This document shows positions 55,890-64,000 of a stretch of 64,000 nucleotides of DNA, piece after piece. Below the pieces are notes generated by a model that searched no databases, was not told the origin of the DNA, and was given only the letters and a program-made list of their open reading frames with translations. The translations under genes and the position numbers were made by a program. The stretch is from NCBI GenBank assembly GCA_963674965.2, contig CAXXFL010000006.1, positions 1,185,511-1,249,510 of the forward strand. Direction: 5' to 3'. Origin of the DNA: a bacterium. Its GTDB lineage: Bacteria; RBG-13-61-14; DATKZS01. How positions within the stretch are numbered: position 1 is the first letter of the stretch; every line of letters starts with the position of its first letter.

Positions 55890-57314
55890 TCATCGGCCGA
55901 GCGAATGACTCTCGGCCGCGGTTATCATTCCATTTACCCACTCGGGGCAGCCCAAGGCGTGAACGTGGCCGTACATGGCCAAAACGTTCCCCCGCATGAT
56001 CCCTTCCCTGCCCGATCCGAATCCTTCCCCTCTCTCGATCCGAAAGGCCGAATCGGCGCCCGCGTCAACGCTCGAGGCCCGCGTATAGTGGAACTCGTGT
56101 CCTCTTATCGCCGCTCCCACCTCGTAAAAGGGGTTTTTTTTATCGGCCACCCATTCGGTGTAGCCGTGGCCCTGGGGTCGGGTGCAAAACTCGAAATCCA
56201 CCGGTATGATTCCGGCCATTTCAAAAGTCTCGCCCTTGTACTTCAAGGTCCTTCCCAGGTAGACCGATCCGCCGCACTCGGCGTAGACCGGAAGCCCTTT
56301 CGCCACAGCTTTTTGCAACGACCGCCTTAAGCGGTCGGCGCCGCTTAAAAGCCGGGCGTGGGTCTCGGGAAAACCGCCTCCTATATAAAGAGCGTCAAGC
56401 TCGGGCAACTCGGGATCGTCAACCGATTTGATCCAGACCAGGTCGGCCCCCGCCCTCGCGAGCGACTCGACGTTCTCGGCGTAGTAAAAAGGAAAAGCCG
56501 AGTCCCGAATCACGCCGATCCTGACCGGCCTCGAGGCCCTTTTTACGGCGTCCATGGCCCCTCCACTCAGTCCGTGGTCTCCGGCTGAAAACGCCATGGC
56601 CTCGATACGGTCCATGTCGAGGTGAGGCTCGATTTGCCTGCCCATCTCCAGGACCCATTCCTCGGCGTCGGGCGTTTCCTCGGGAGTCACCAGTCCAAGG
56701 TGCCTCTCGGGGGCCTGGATTTTCGGCAGTTTGGGAACGACCCCCAAAACGGGAACGCCGGTAACCTGCTCGATGGCCTCGGTGGCTATCCTGGCGTGGC
56801 GGGCGCCCGCCACTCGATTGAGAACGACCCCGCCGATCTTGAGGTCGGGATCCAGTTTAATCGATCCCAAAACCAGGGCCGCCGCGGTCCTGGTCATCTT
56901 GGTAAGGTCGATCACCAGAAGCACGGGCGACTTGATCAGCTTGGCCAACTCGGCCGTCGAGTAGCTGCCCTTGTTGTCAAAACCGTCAAAGAGCCCTCGG
57001 TTACCCTCGATAACCGCGACCCCGTTTCGGGGTTCCTTGTCAGCGAACTGTCTGGCCGCGGACTCCTCGCCCATTAAAAAAACATCCAGACAGTAACAGG
57101 GCGATCCCGTAGCGACGCTGTGCCAGGCCGCGTCTATGTAGTCCGGGCCTTTCTTGAAGGCCACCACCGGAACGCCTCTTCTTTTCCAGGCCCCTATAAG
57201 CCCAAGCGAGATCGCGGTCTTGCCCGAGCTTCCCCGGAGCCCTCCTACTAACAACCGTCCTCGGGAGCCGGGTCCAGCGTGAGGACCCATCGCTCCCGAG
57301 GCGTTATTCAACAT
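55890..57314 (-). CDS. dsrN: DsrN, siroheme amidase (cobyrinate a,c-diamide synthase family)
   Basis: SGKT, KKGPDYID, EGNRGLFDG, ERHLGL, GGGFPE, AECGG and GHEFHY; directly after dsrB. Confidence 0.9.
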   Translation of the reverse strand: MLNNASGAMGPHAGPGSRGRLLVGGLRGSSGKTAISLGLIGAWKRRGVPVVAFKKGPDYIDAAWHSVATGSPCYCLDVFLMGEESAARQFADKEPRNGVAVIEGNRGLFDGFDNKGSYSTAELAKLIKSPVLLVIDLTKMTRTAAALVLGSIKLDPDLKIGGVVLNRVAGARHARIATEAIEQVTGVPVLGVVPKLPKIQAPERHLGLVTPEETPDAEEWVLEMGRQIEPHLDMDRIEAMAFSAGDHGLSGGAMDAVKRASRPVRIGVIRDSAFPFYYAENVESLARAGADLVWIKSVDDPELPELDALYIGGGFPETHARLLSGADRLRRSLQKAVAKGLPVYAECGGSVYLGRTLKYKGETFEMAGIIPVDFEFCTRPQGHGYTEWVADKKNPFYEVGAAIRGHEFHYTRASSVDAGADSAFRIERGEGFGSGREGIMRGNVLAMYGHVHALGCPEWVNGMITAAESHSLGR

Positions 57315-57341
57315 CTTACCGAGTGGAACAAAACCCGTTCC

Positions 57342-58400
57342 TTAGTAGCGGAACTGGGTGGTGCTGCGATAAGTGTCGTAAGACAACGTAAAGTCGTCGA
57401 TGTGCTTGTCCGTGAACTCGAAGCCGGTCAGATCGAAGAACTTCTCCCAACCGATGCGCGCGATCCATTCGCCGATGCGCTCGTGCTTGTTGGCGCCCTC
57501 GGCGTACTTCTCGATGATGGTCCTGATGGCCTTGGTGACCTCGGGCCAGCGCGGCGGATTGTTGGGAAGGAAGGGAATGGCCAGCTTGGAGAACTCGGGG
57601 CCCGAGCGGGTGTTGGACACCTTGCCGCCAACCCATATCGAGATGCCGTCGCCGTCCGGATCGGCCAGCGGCATGGCCGGGCACATGGTGTAGCAGTTGC
57701 CGCAGTACATGCAACGCTCGTCGTTGACCTGGAGGCTCTTGGTCTTGGGGTCGGGACGGATGGCCAGGGTCGGGCACGAGGCGATAACGGTCGGGACCTC
57801 GCAGAGCTTCTTGACCTTCTCGGGGTCGACAAGGGGAGGAAGCCTGTGAATGCCCAGGATGGCGATGTCCGAGCAGTGGACCGCGCCGCACATGTTCAGG
57901 CAGCAGGCCAGGGCGATCCTGGTCTTGCCGGGAAGCCTCTTTTCGGCGAAGTACTCGAAAAGGTCGTCCATGACGGACTTGACCACGCCCGAGGCGTCGG
58001 TGGCCGGCGTGTGGCAATGCACCCAGCCCTGGGTGTGAACGATCGAGGTCAGGCCGGAGCCGGTACCGCCGATGGGGTATCCACGGCCGGTCAAGTCCTT
58101 CATCAGGGGCTCGAGCTGGCTTTCGTCGGATACCAGGAACTCGACGTTGTGGCGGCTGGTGAAGCGAAGATGGCCGCCGCAGTACTTTTCCGCAATGTCC
58201 GCGTACTCGCGGATGCGGTCGGTGGCGATCAGCCTGGCGCCGCCGATCCTGACGGACCAGATTTTGGCGCCCGAATCGGACACGTGCAGAAGCACGCCCG
58301 GCTTCAACTCTTCATGGTATTTCCATTTGCCGTAGTTTTCCTTGATAACGGGCGGCAAAAAGTCCCTAAAATTTGGAGGTCCAATATCGGTCTTGCTCAT
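57342..58400 (-). CDS. dsrB: Dissimilatory sulfite reductase beta subunit
   Basis: [55 protein letters not shown] and RIGWEKFF. Confidence 0.97.
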   Translation of the reverse strand: MSKTDIGPPNFRDFLPPVIKENYGKWKYHEELKPGVLLHVSDSGAKIWSVRIGGARLIATDRIREYADIAEKYCGGHLRFTSRHNVEFLVSDESQLEPLMKDLTGRGYPIGGTGSGLTSIVHTQGWVHCHTPATDASGVVKSVMDDLFEYFAEKRLPGKTRIALACCLNMCGAVHCSDIAILGIHRLPPLVDPEKVKKLCEVPTVIASCPTLAIRPDPKTKSLQVNDERCMYCGNCYTMCPAMPLADPDGDGISIWVGGKVSNTRSGPEFSKLAIPFLPNNPPRWPEVTKAIRTIIEKYAEGANKHERIGEWIARIGWEKFFDLTGFEFTDKHIDDFTLSYDTYRSTTQFRY

Positions 58401-58401
58401 C

Positions 58402-59595
58402 TTACTTTCCCTCCCTCTGCGGTACCTCTTCCGGCCACCAGAAGTAATAGGGGTTGGGCCTGGGGAACTTGACCATCTGCGGGATGGCCTTGATACCCAT
58501 TTCCCTGAGGAATACTCTCATGCCCACGCGGTTGATAAGCTCTCCCACGCGCTCGCGCATCTTGCCGTTCTCGTCCCACCAGTCCCACAGGGTCTCGGCG
58601 AACTCCTTGAGCTCGTCGTAGGGGGACTCCATTTTCATGAAGGGCTTGATGACCCAGCTCATCTGGGCGCCCTCGAGGATCGGGGCCTTGCCGCCGACCA
58701 AAAGGGAGGCGCCGCGCTCGTCGCCGGGCGAGAGGGCCTTGGTCATGAGGTTGATGCAGTGCATGCAGCGGGTGCAGTTCTTGTTGTCGATGGACAGCTT
58801 CTTTCCGTCCCAGGACATGCACTTGGTCGGGCAAAGGTCAACGACCTCGGCCTGGACGTCCATGCCGGCGCCGGCGTAGCTCTTCACCGCTTCCTGGTCG
58901 ATCTTGATATCGTCCTTCCAGGTGCCGATGATCGAGCAGTCCGAGCGCGCGATCGAGGCCACGCAGTCATTGGGGCAGCCCGAGAATTTGAACTTGAACT
59001 TGTAGGGCCACATCGGGCGGTGAAGCTCGCTCTGGAAAGTGTGGGTCAAGTCGTTGCAGGCGTCGAGAGTGTCGTAGCAGGACCACTCGCAACGCGCCGG
59101 ACCGACGCAGGCGGAGGGGGTACGAAGGGCCGAGCCGGAGCCGCCCAGGTCGAATCCCGCGTCCGAAAGGTCGTCGAAGCAGGGCTGAAGGGCCTCGGTG
59201 CGGCAGCCAAGCAGGATGATGTCGCCCGTGGACCCGTGCATGTTGGTCATGCCGCATCCGTGCTTGTCCCATATGTCGCACACGGTGCGAAGGGCCTTGG
59301 AAGTGTAAAACCATCCGGAGGGGTGGTTAACGCGGATGGTGTGGAAATGCTCCACGCCGGGAAATAGGTCCGGGCTGTCCGAGTAACGGCCGATAACTCC
59401 GCCGCCGTACCCCATTACGCCCACGATGCCGCCGTGTTTCCAATGTCCGATTTTGTCATTATAGGACTTCTCGAGCTGACGAAGAAGGTCCATGGTTTCT
59501 GGCTTCTTCTCCGCGGCCATCTTGATGTCCTTGACAAAGCTCGGCCACGGCCCCTTCTCTAGTTCGTCCAGAAGGGGGGTATCCGTTTTTGTCAT
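58402..59595 (-). CDS. dsrA: Dissimilatory sulfite reductase alpha subunit
   Basis: [36 protein letters not shown], siroheme motif CVGPARC...CPNDC and [17 protein letters not shown]. Confidence 0.97.
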   Translation of the reverse strand: MTKTDTPLLDELEKGPWPSFVKDIKMAAEKKPETMDLLRQLEKSYNDKIGHWKHGGIVGVMGYGGGVIGRYSDSPDLFPGVEHFHTIRVNHPSGWFYTSKALRTVCDIWDKHGCGMTNMHGSTGDIILLGCRTEALQPCFDDLSDAGFDLGGSGSALRTPSACVGPARCEWSCYDTLDACNDLTHTFQSELHRPMWPYKFKFKFSGCPNDCVASIARSDCSIIGTWKDDIKIDQEAVKSYAGAGMDVQAEVVDLCPTKCMSWDGKKLSIDNKNCTRCMHCINLMTKALSPGDERGASLLVGGKAPILEGAQMSWVIKPFMKMESPYDELKEFAETLWDWWDENGKMRERVGELINRVGMRVFLREMGIKAIPQMVKFPRPNPYYFWWPEEVPQREGK

Positions 59596-59867
59596 TAGCG
59601 ATTCTCCTTCCCTTTGATTTGTTAGCGCCTATGATTACAAAGACGCCTGGCGCCCAAGGGGCCCATATGCCCCCGGCGCGCTTTTACTGATGCAAGTAGT
59701 AAACAACATTCATGTATTTAGATCTCCAAGAATTAGGCCTCACCCTAAATCAAGGAGAGTATTCTCGTTTCAAGAATATAGAGCTTTCGGGCAAAAAAGG
59801 AATTTACTGCTTCGTCCGGATGGAAATACCTCCGCCCCTCGCGAAAATCTAGTGCTATGGGAAAATC

Positions 59868-59895
59868 ATTATACACAAACCCCGCTTCTTGTCAA
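59868..59895 (-). promoter_or_regulatory. Consensus sigma70 promoter upstream of dsrA
   Basis: Minus strand TTGACA (59895-59890), 16-nt spacer, TATAAT (59873-59868), in an AT-rich region. Confidence 0.7.
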
Positions 59896-60312
59896 TATCA
59901 AAAACTAATATTAAAAAAAATTAATTTTTCCTTGTTTTCAACCAGTTGAATCGCATAACGACCGATATAATCCATCAAGACGGGACGCGATGAAGGCTGA
60001 AATTTAAAGATTCATGCCCACAAGGCAAAGACGAGATAAAGCGGCCGCTCCGGAAAAAACTCAAATCACGCTTGTATAATTATAGACCCAAAATCCATCT
60101 GAAACAAGCGTCGAACGGCCTTTTTCCAAAGCTCGCGGTCTGACTGGCTTTGAAAGCCAAATCGGATTAATAAAGGCCTGGAATTGAACCATCCTCCTCT
60201 AAACGCGTTATAATAGTAGATTGGAGCCCAAAAGGACGGAGCGTTTGTTAAAGCGCAAAAGGCAATATGAGAAGATAAAAACGAGGCGTTTTGAGTTTTT
60301 TGGAAAAATGGC

Positions 60313-60341
60313 TTGAGATTATCGGTGAAAAAGGCTAAAAT
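60313..60341 (+). promoter_or_regulatory. sigma70-type promoter of the SPOR gene
   Basis: TTGAGA-N17-TAAAAT about 85 nt before ATG 60425. Confidence 0.55.
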
Positions 60342-60424
60342 GCAATAGGATTATTCCGGCCGCCGCGATTGCGGCCAATATCGAATTCAAAGCTGAAGCT
60401 GATTTTTACTTAAGGAGGAGTGAT

Positions 60425-61936
60425 ATGCCCGACGATGAATTCAATATTGACGATATTGACCTCGGCGGAGACGATTCCGACTCGGAAGACAAGGAAGCGT
60501 CGCTGGACGATTTTTTCCAACCCACCGATGGAGCATCGGCGGAGGCCGACGAGGGGCCTTCCATAGACGACTTTTTCTCCCCGGGAGGCGACGAGGGACA
60601 GGAACCGGAAGCCGCCCAGGTCGCCGAGACCCAACCCATGGAAAACCTGCCCATGGACCCGGACCAGCCCATGGATGAGTTGGACGCGGATTCCTTTTTC
60701 GATCCCGAGCCGGCCCCATCCTCGGCCCAGGCCCCCATGCCCGAGCCGATCACGCCTGGCCCGGCGGAGGCCCCGCCTCCCATGCCGCCGGAGGGCATGG
60801 AACCGGGGTTCGCCGATGAGGCTCAGGCGCCACGCCAGAAAGGGTTCCTGGCCCGGAACTGGTTCTTCATGGTAATCGGGGTCCTACTGGTTTTGGCCGT
60901 GGGCGCGGGGGCATTCCTGGTCGTCGGCTACTTGAATCAGGAAGGAGATAAAGACAAGGTGGCCATGACCGCGGAAAAGCCCAAACCCAAGCCGGTCCAG
61001 ACCAAACCCAAGCCTCCCGTCAAAAAACCCGTGCCCCCCACCGGGTCGGGAATGATCGAGACCGACGCCGGCAAGGCGAAAACCCCGGACGGCGCGCAAG
61101 CCGCCAAGCCGGAGACCGATGCTTACAAGGGGAAAGCTCCGGAGGCGGACAAAACCGACCTCGCTTCCAAAGACGGCTCGATAACGCTCCCGGTTAAAAA
61201 GAACGATTCCGACGGGGCTGATAAGCCGGCGGGAGCCGCGGCCATGGACGCGCCGGGCAAAAAATCCCCGTCCGACGAGAGCAAGGCAAAAGAGCCGATA
61301 AATAAGCAGCCTGAAAAAACCGCGAAAAAGCCGGAAGCCAAAGACGCGGATAAAACGGTTGCATCCCTGTCCCCTCCAAAGAAGACGGAGCCCGCGAAAA
61401 AAGGGGAGCCCGTAAAGATCGACACGGCGGCCAAAAAACCAAAGGCGCCGGCCGGGCACAAGCCCGTGCCCTCCAACCGCGGCGACTACGCCGTCCAGGT
61501 GGGGTCTTATATGCTGGACTCGTCGAAAATCGAGCCCGAGGCCAAGCTCGACGCCCTCGGCTATTCCGACAGGTCCTACGTGCCCGAATACAGGCGGCTG
61601 AAAATATTCCACGTGCTGGTGGGAAAAAACCTCAGCGGGGCCCAGGCCGACGAGATCATGCGAAAGCTCGAGGACATGGGCTACATGCCAAAAATATTCG
61701 ACGATCCATCCGGAGACAGGGTGCTGGTCTATAGTTATGGAAGCTATTCCATCGCCAAGAAAACCATGGCCAACGTCAAGAAGGCCGGACTCGGACCGGT
61801 AACTATAAAGTCCGAGACCAAAAACGTGACCCTCGATCAGCTCAGGGTGGGCAGCTTTACCAAGGCCCAGGCCCAAAAAGCCCTGAGCGATTTAAAAAGA
61901 AACGGGTTCGCCGGGTCCATCATAGTAAGGGACTGA
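60425..61936 (+). CDS. Bitopic SPOR-domain protein (acidic N-terminus, TM, Lys/Pro/Ala linker)
   Basis: YAVQVGSY...LRVGSF...A....L..L...G SPOR pattern; single TM; AAGGAGG RBS. Confidence 0.8.
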   Translation: MPDDEFNIDDIDLGGDDSDSEDKEASLDDFFQPTDGASAEADEGPSIDDFFSPGGDEGQEPEAAQVAETQPMENLPMDPDQPMDELDADSFFDPEPAPSSAQAPMPEPITPGPAEAPPPMPPEGMEPGFADEAQAPRQKGFLARNWFFMVIGVLLVLAVGAGAFLVVGYLNQEGDKDKVAMTAEKPKPKPVQTKPKPPVKKPVPPTGSGMIETDAGKAKTPDGAQAAKPETDAYKGKAPEADKTDLASKDGSITLPVKKNDSDGADKPAGAAAMDAPGKKSPSDESKAKEPINKQPEKTAKKPEAKDADKTVASLSPPKKTEPAKKGEPVKIDTAAKKPKAPAGHKPVPSNRGDYAVQVGSYMLDSSKIEPEAKLDALGYSDRSYVPEYRRLKIFHVLVGKNLSGAQADEIMRKLEDMGYMPKIFDDPSGDRVLVYSYGSYSIAKKTMANVKKAGLGPVTIKSETKNVTLDQLRVGSFTKAQAQKALSDLKRNGFAGSIIVRD

Positions 61937-61992
61937 AAACGACCCCCGCGCGGGAAGCGCCCGAGACCTTGGGCAAACAAGAAGACGAACGG

Positions 61993-62021
61993 GCCGCCGG
62001 AGCAATCTAAACTCCGGCGGC
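61993..62021 (+). terminator. 10-bp perfect hairpin after the SPOR gene
   Basis: GCCGCCGGAG-N9-CTCCGGCGGC, weak T-tail, immediately followed by TTGACA (62024-62029). Confidence 0.45.
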
Positions 62022-62165
62022 TATTGACATTTGGCCATTAATCGTAAACACTAATCAGCCAGATGGCGATAGTTTTTATCGCCGGAAGACCGGGAACGAC
62101 GGCGGCCGACGGCGGCAATGCAAACAAGGCTCATCGGCGCCTATTCGCAAGGAGTATGGAGTAAG

Positions 62166-63371
62166 ATGCCACGTCTTTCTCAAATCGAGTACGCTCTTCC
62201 GGAAAACCTGACCCGCTTCGCGGCTCCGGGCCTTCCCAAGGACGCCAAGATGGTGGCGGCAAGGGGCATGCTTCCCATTCCGCCCGCCGACCTTATCCAG
62301 GTCCTTTTCGCCCTCTCCCGCGACGGCGACGCCGAGGTTTCCAAGACCTCCCGCCAGAGCCTTCTGAAAATGCCCGAGAACATACTCAAATCGGCGGCGG
62401 AGAACGTCAAGACTCACCCGCTGATCCTGGACTTCCTGGCCAGGAGTCTGGACCCGGGCTCGAAGCTTCAAGAGGCCGTGGCCCTTAACCGCTCGACCCA
62501 CGACGAGACCATAAGTTTCCAGGCCATGCTGCCCAATAAGCGGGTGGTGGACATCATTTCGGAAAACCAGATAAGGATACTTCGCTGCCCGCCCATCGTG
62601 GATTCCCTGGCCGAGAACATTCTCACGGGACAGGCCCAGCTCGAGCGCATCATCAAGTTCGTCGAGATGGAGACGAGAAAATCCGCCGCCGCCCCCGCGG
62701 CCACGGGCCAGGGACTCGAGGTCGAGATCGAGGAGATCGAGGAGGAAGAGGAAACCATCGAGACCGTCTCCGAGGGGCCCGACGATGACGTTCCCACCGT
62801 GACCGAGGAGGAAGAGGAAATAGGCGCGGTAACGGTTTCCGCCGACGGTCCCTCCCCCTGGGCCGCCATGACTTTCGACGCCGACCTGCTAAGGGACCAC
62901 AACGTCGAGGGCGAGGATGAAGAGCAGGTTATCGAGACCAACCTGCTAAAGTCCATCGGCGGCATGAAGGTGTCCCAGAAAATCAAGTTGGCCTTGACGG
63001 GAGGACAGCAGGCCCGGAGCATACTTATCAAGGACGCGAATAAAATGGTCTCGTCGGCCGTGCTGAAAAGCCCCAGGATCACGGACAACGAAATCGACGC
63101 CATCTCCAGGTCCAGGTCCGTGTCCGACGAGGTCATGAGGATGGTCTCCGGCAACAAGGAATGGACCAGGTCCTACCAGGTAAAGCTTAACCTGGTTAAC
63201 AACCCCAAAACCCCGGCCCCTGACGCCATGCGCTTTATGAACTTTCTCCGGGACAAGGACCTCCGGGACGTGTCCAAAAGCAAAAGCGTTCCCAACAACA
63301 TCGCCTCTCAGGCCAAAAGACTCCTTGCCCGCAAAGAACAAAAGGGCAAGCCGGGAGCTAAAAAAGGATAA
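62166..63371 (+). CDS. Conserved hypothetical helical-repeat protein with acidic linker
   Basis: Helical N- and C-domains (KIKLAL.G...ARSILIKD.NK.V..AVL.SP..T; LVNNPKTP) separated by a Glu-rich linker; GGAG RBS before ATG 62166. Confidence 0.75.
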   Translation: MPRLSQIEYALPENLTRFAAPGLPKDAKMVAARGMLPIPPADLIQVLFALSRDGDAEVSKTSRQSLLKMPENILKSAAENVKTHPLILDFLARSLDPGSKLQEAVALNRSTHDETISFQAMLPNKRVVDIISENQIRILRCPPIVDSLAENILTGQAQLERIIKFVEMETRKSAAAPAATGQGLEVEIEEIEEEEETIETVSEGPDDDVPTVTEEEEEIGAVTVSADGPSPWAAMTFDADLLRDHNVEGEDEEQVIETNLLKSIGGMKVSQKIKLALTGGQQARSILIKDANKMVSSAVLKSPRITDNEIDAISRSRSVSDEVMRMVSGNKEWTRSYQVKLNLVNNPKTPAPDAMRFMNFLRDKDLRDVSKSKSVPNNIASQAKRLLARKEQKGKPGAKKG

Positions 63372-63388
63372 TCACCGGGAGCTTTTAA

Positions 63389-64000
63389 ATGGCTGTTATC
63401 GATTACGAAAAAAAGGAAGTCAACGCCAAGATCGTTTACTATGGGCCGGCCATGTCGGGCAAGACTTCCAATATACATCATATACACTCGAAACTGATGG
63501 CCGAGCATCGGGGCGAGCTTATGACCCTGGCCACCAAAAGTCACCGGACCTTGTTTTTCGACTTCCTGCCCGTCGAACTGGGGGAGGTCAAGGGCCTCAA
63601 CACCAGGTTCTATCTTTACACGGTGCCGGGCCAGATTTTTTATAACAACATAAGGAAACAGGTTTTAAGGGACGCCGACGGCATAGTATTCGTGGCCGAC
63701 TCGACGGCCAAGTTCAGGAACGACAACGTTCAGAGCTACCAGAACCTGGAGGAAAACCTGGCCGAGCAGGGAAGGAGCCTCAAGGATATCCCTCACGTCA
63801 TCCAGTACAACAAGCGCGACATGCCCTCGGCCATGTCCCTCGAGGACCTTCATCGGGACTTAAACAAATATAACGCCCCCTTTTTCGAGGGGGTCGCGAT
63901 CTCGGGCCAGGGCGTGTTGAAAGCCTTGACGACCATTTCCAAAATGGTGCTGAAGAGACTCAGGGAGGGCGGTAACATTCAAACCAAGAAAGACGACGGA
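63389..64000 (+). CDS. mglA: MglA-family small Ras-like GTPase (partial, runs off the window end)
   Basis: Manual translation (absent from the ORF track): KIVYYGPAMSGKT, RTLFFDF, YTVPGQ, DGIVFVADS and QYNKRD; 204 codons with no stop. Confidence 0.9.
   Translation, partial: MAVIDYEKKEVNAKIVYYGPAMSGKTSNIHHIHSKLMAEHRGELMTLATKSHRTLFFDFLPVELGEVKGLNTRFYLYTVPGQIFYNNIRKQVLRDADGIVFVADSTAKFRNDNVQSYQNLEENLAEQGRSLKDIPHVIQYNKRDMPSAMSLEDLHRDLNKYNAPFFEGVAISGQGVLKALTTISKMVLKRLREGGNIQTKKDDG

Noticed and set aside
55890..57314. Annotation as cobalamin biosynthesis cbiA/cobB
   Set aside because: Its position between dsrB and dsrC, with no other cob/cbi genes nearby, favours dsrN.
59694..59716. Possible Rex operator in the dsrA leader (TAGTAAA...TTCATG)
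   Set aside because: Spacing and several positions deviate from TTGTGAA-N4-TTCACAA.
59690..59908. 72-aa ORF upstream of dsrA as a possible dsrD
   Set aside because: Wrong strand, no RBS, no DsrD-like winged-helix motifs, and it overlaps the dsrA promoter and leader.
60960..61460. Lys/Pro/Ala-rich repetitive stretch as a tandem repeat or CRISPR-like array
   Set aside because: It is a low-complexity protein linker in the SPOR gene, with no fixed-length nucleotide repeat-spacer pattern.

Overview
GC-rich bacterial chromosomal segment, probably from an anaerobic diderm of deltaproteobacterial type. That placement is inferred from gene content (MglA-like GTPase, FadL-like barrel, Dsr system) and cannot be fixed from the sequence. 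The main feature is a minus-strand dissimilatory sulfite reduction cluster, dsrA-dsrB-dsrN-dsrC-dsrT-dsrMKJOP-ferredoxin (49393-59595). It has a consensus sigma70 promoter and an intrinsic terminator, but no dsrD, dsrL or dsrEFH in the window. Other content: two exported glycoside hydrolases (GH2, GH31); a tightly coupled operon of GT-C, GT2, two B12-radical SAM enzymes, GT9 and an ASKHA corrinoid activator; a His-type Thi4; a thiolase/crotonase/acyl-CoA dehydrogenase operon; ComEC; YfhO and two TMTC-like GT-C proteins; a chemoreceptor fused C-terminally to a XylF-like sugar-binding domain; and a SPOR/helical-repeat/MglA-like gene trio cut by the window end. An ~840-bp intergenic region without a credible gene (4252-5088) holds nested inverted repeats, a G.U-compatible closing stem and a repeated palindrome, upstream of a hicA remnant and an orphan hicB. 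I recognised no tRNA, rRNA, CRISPR array or transposase. All calls come from motif recognition by eye; no searches were run.
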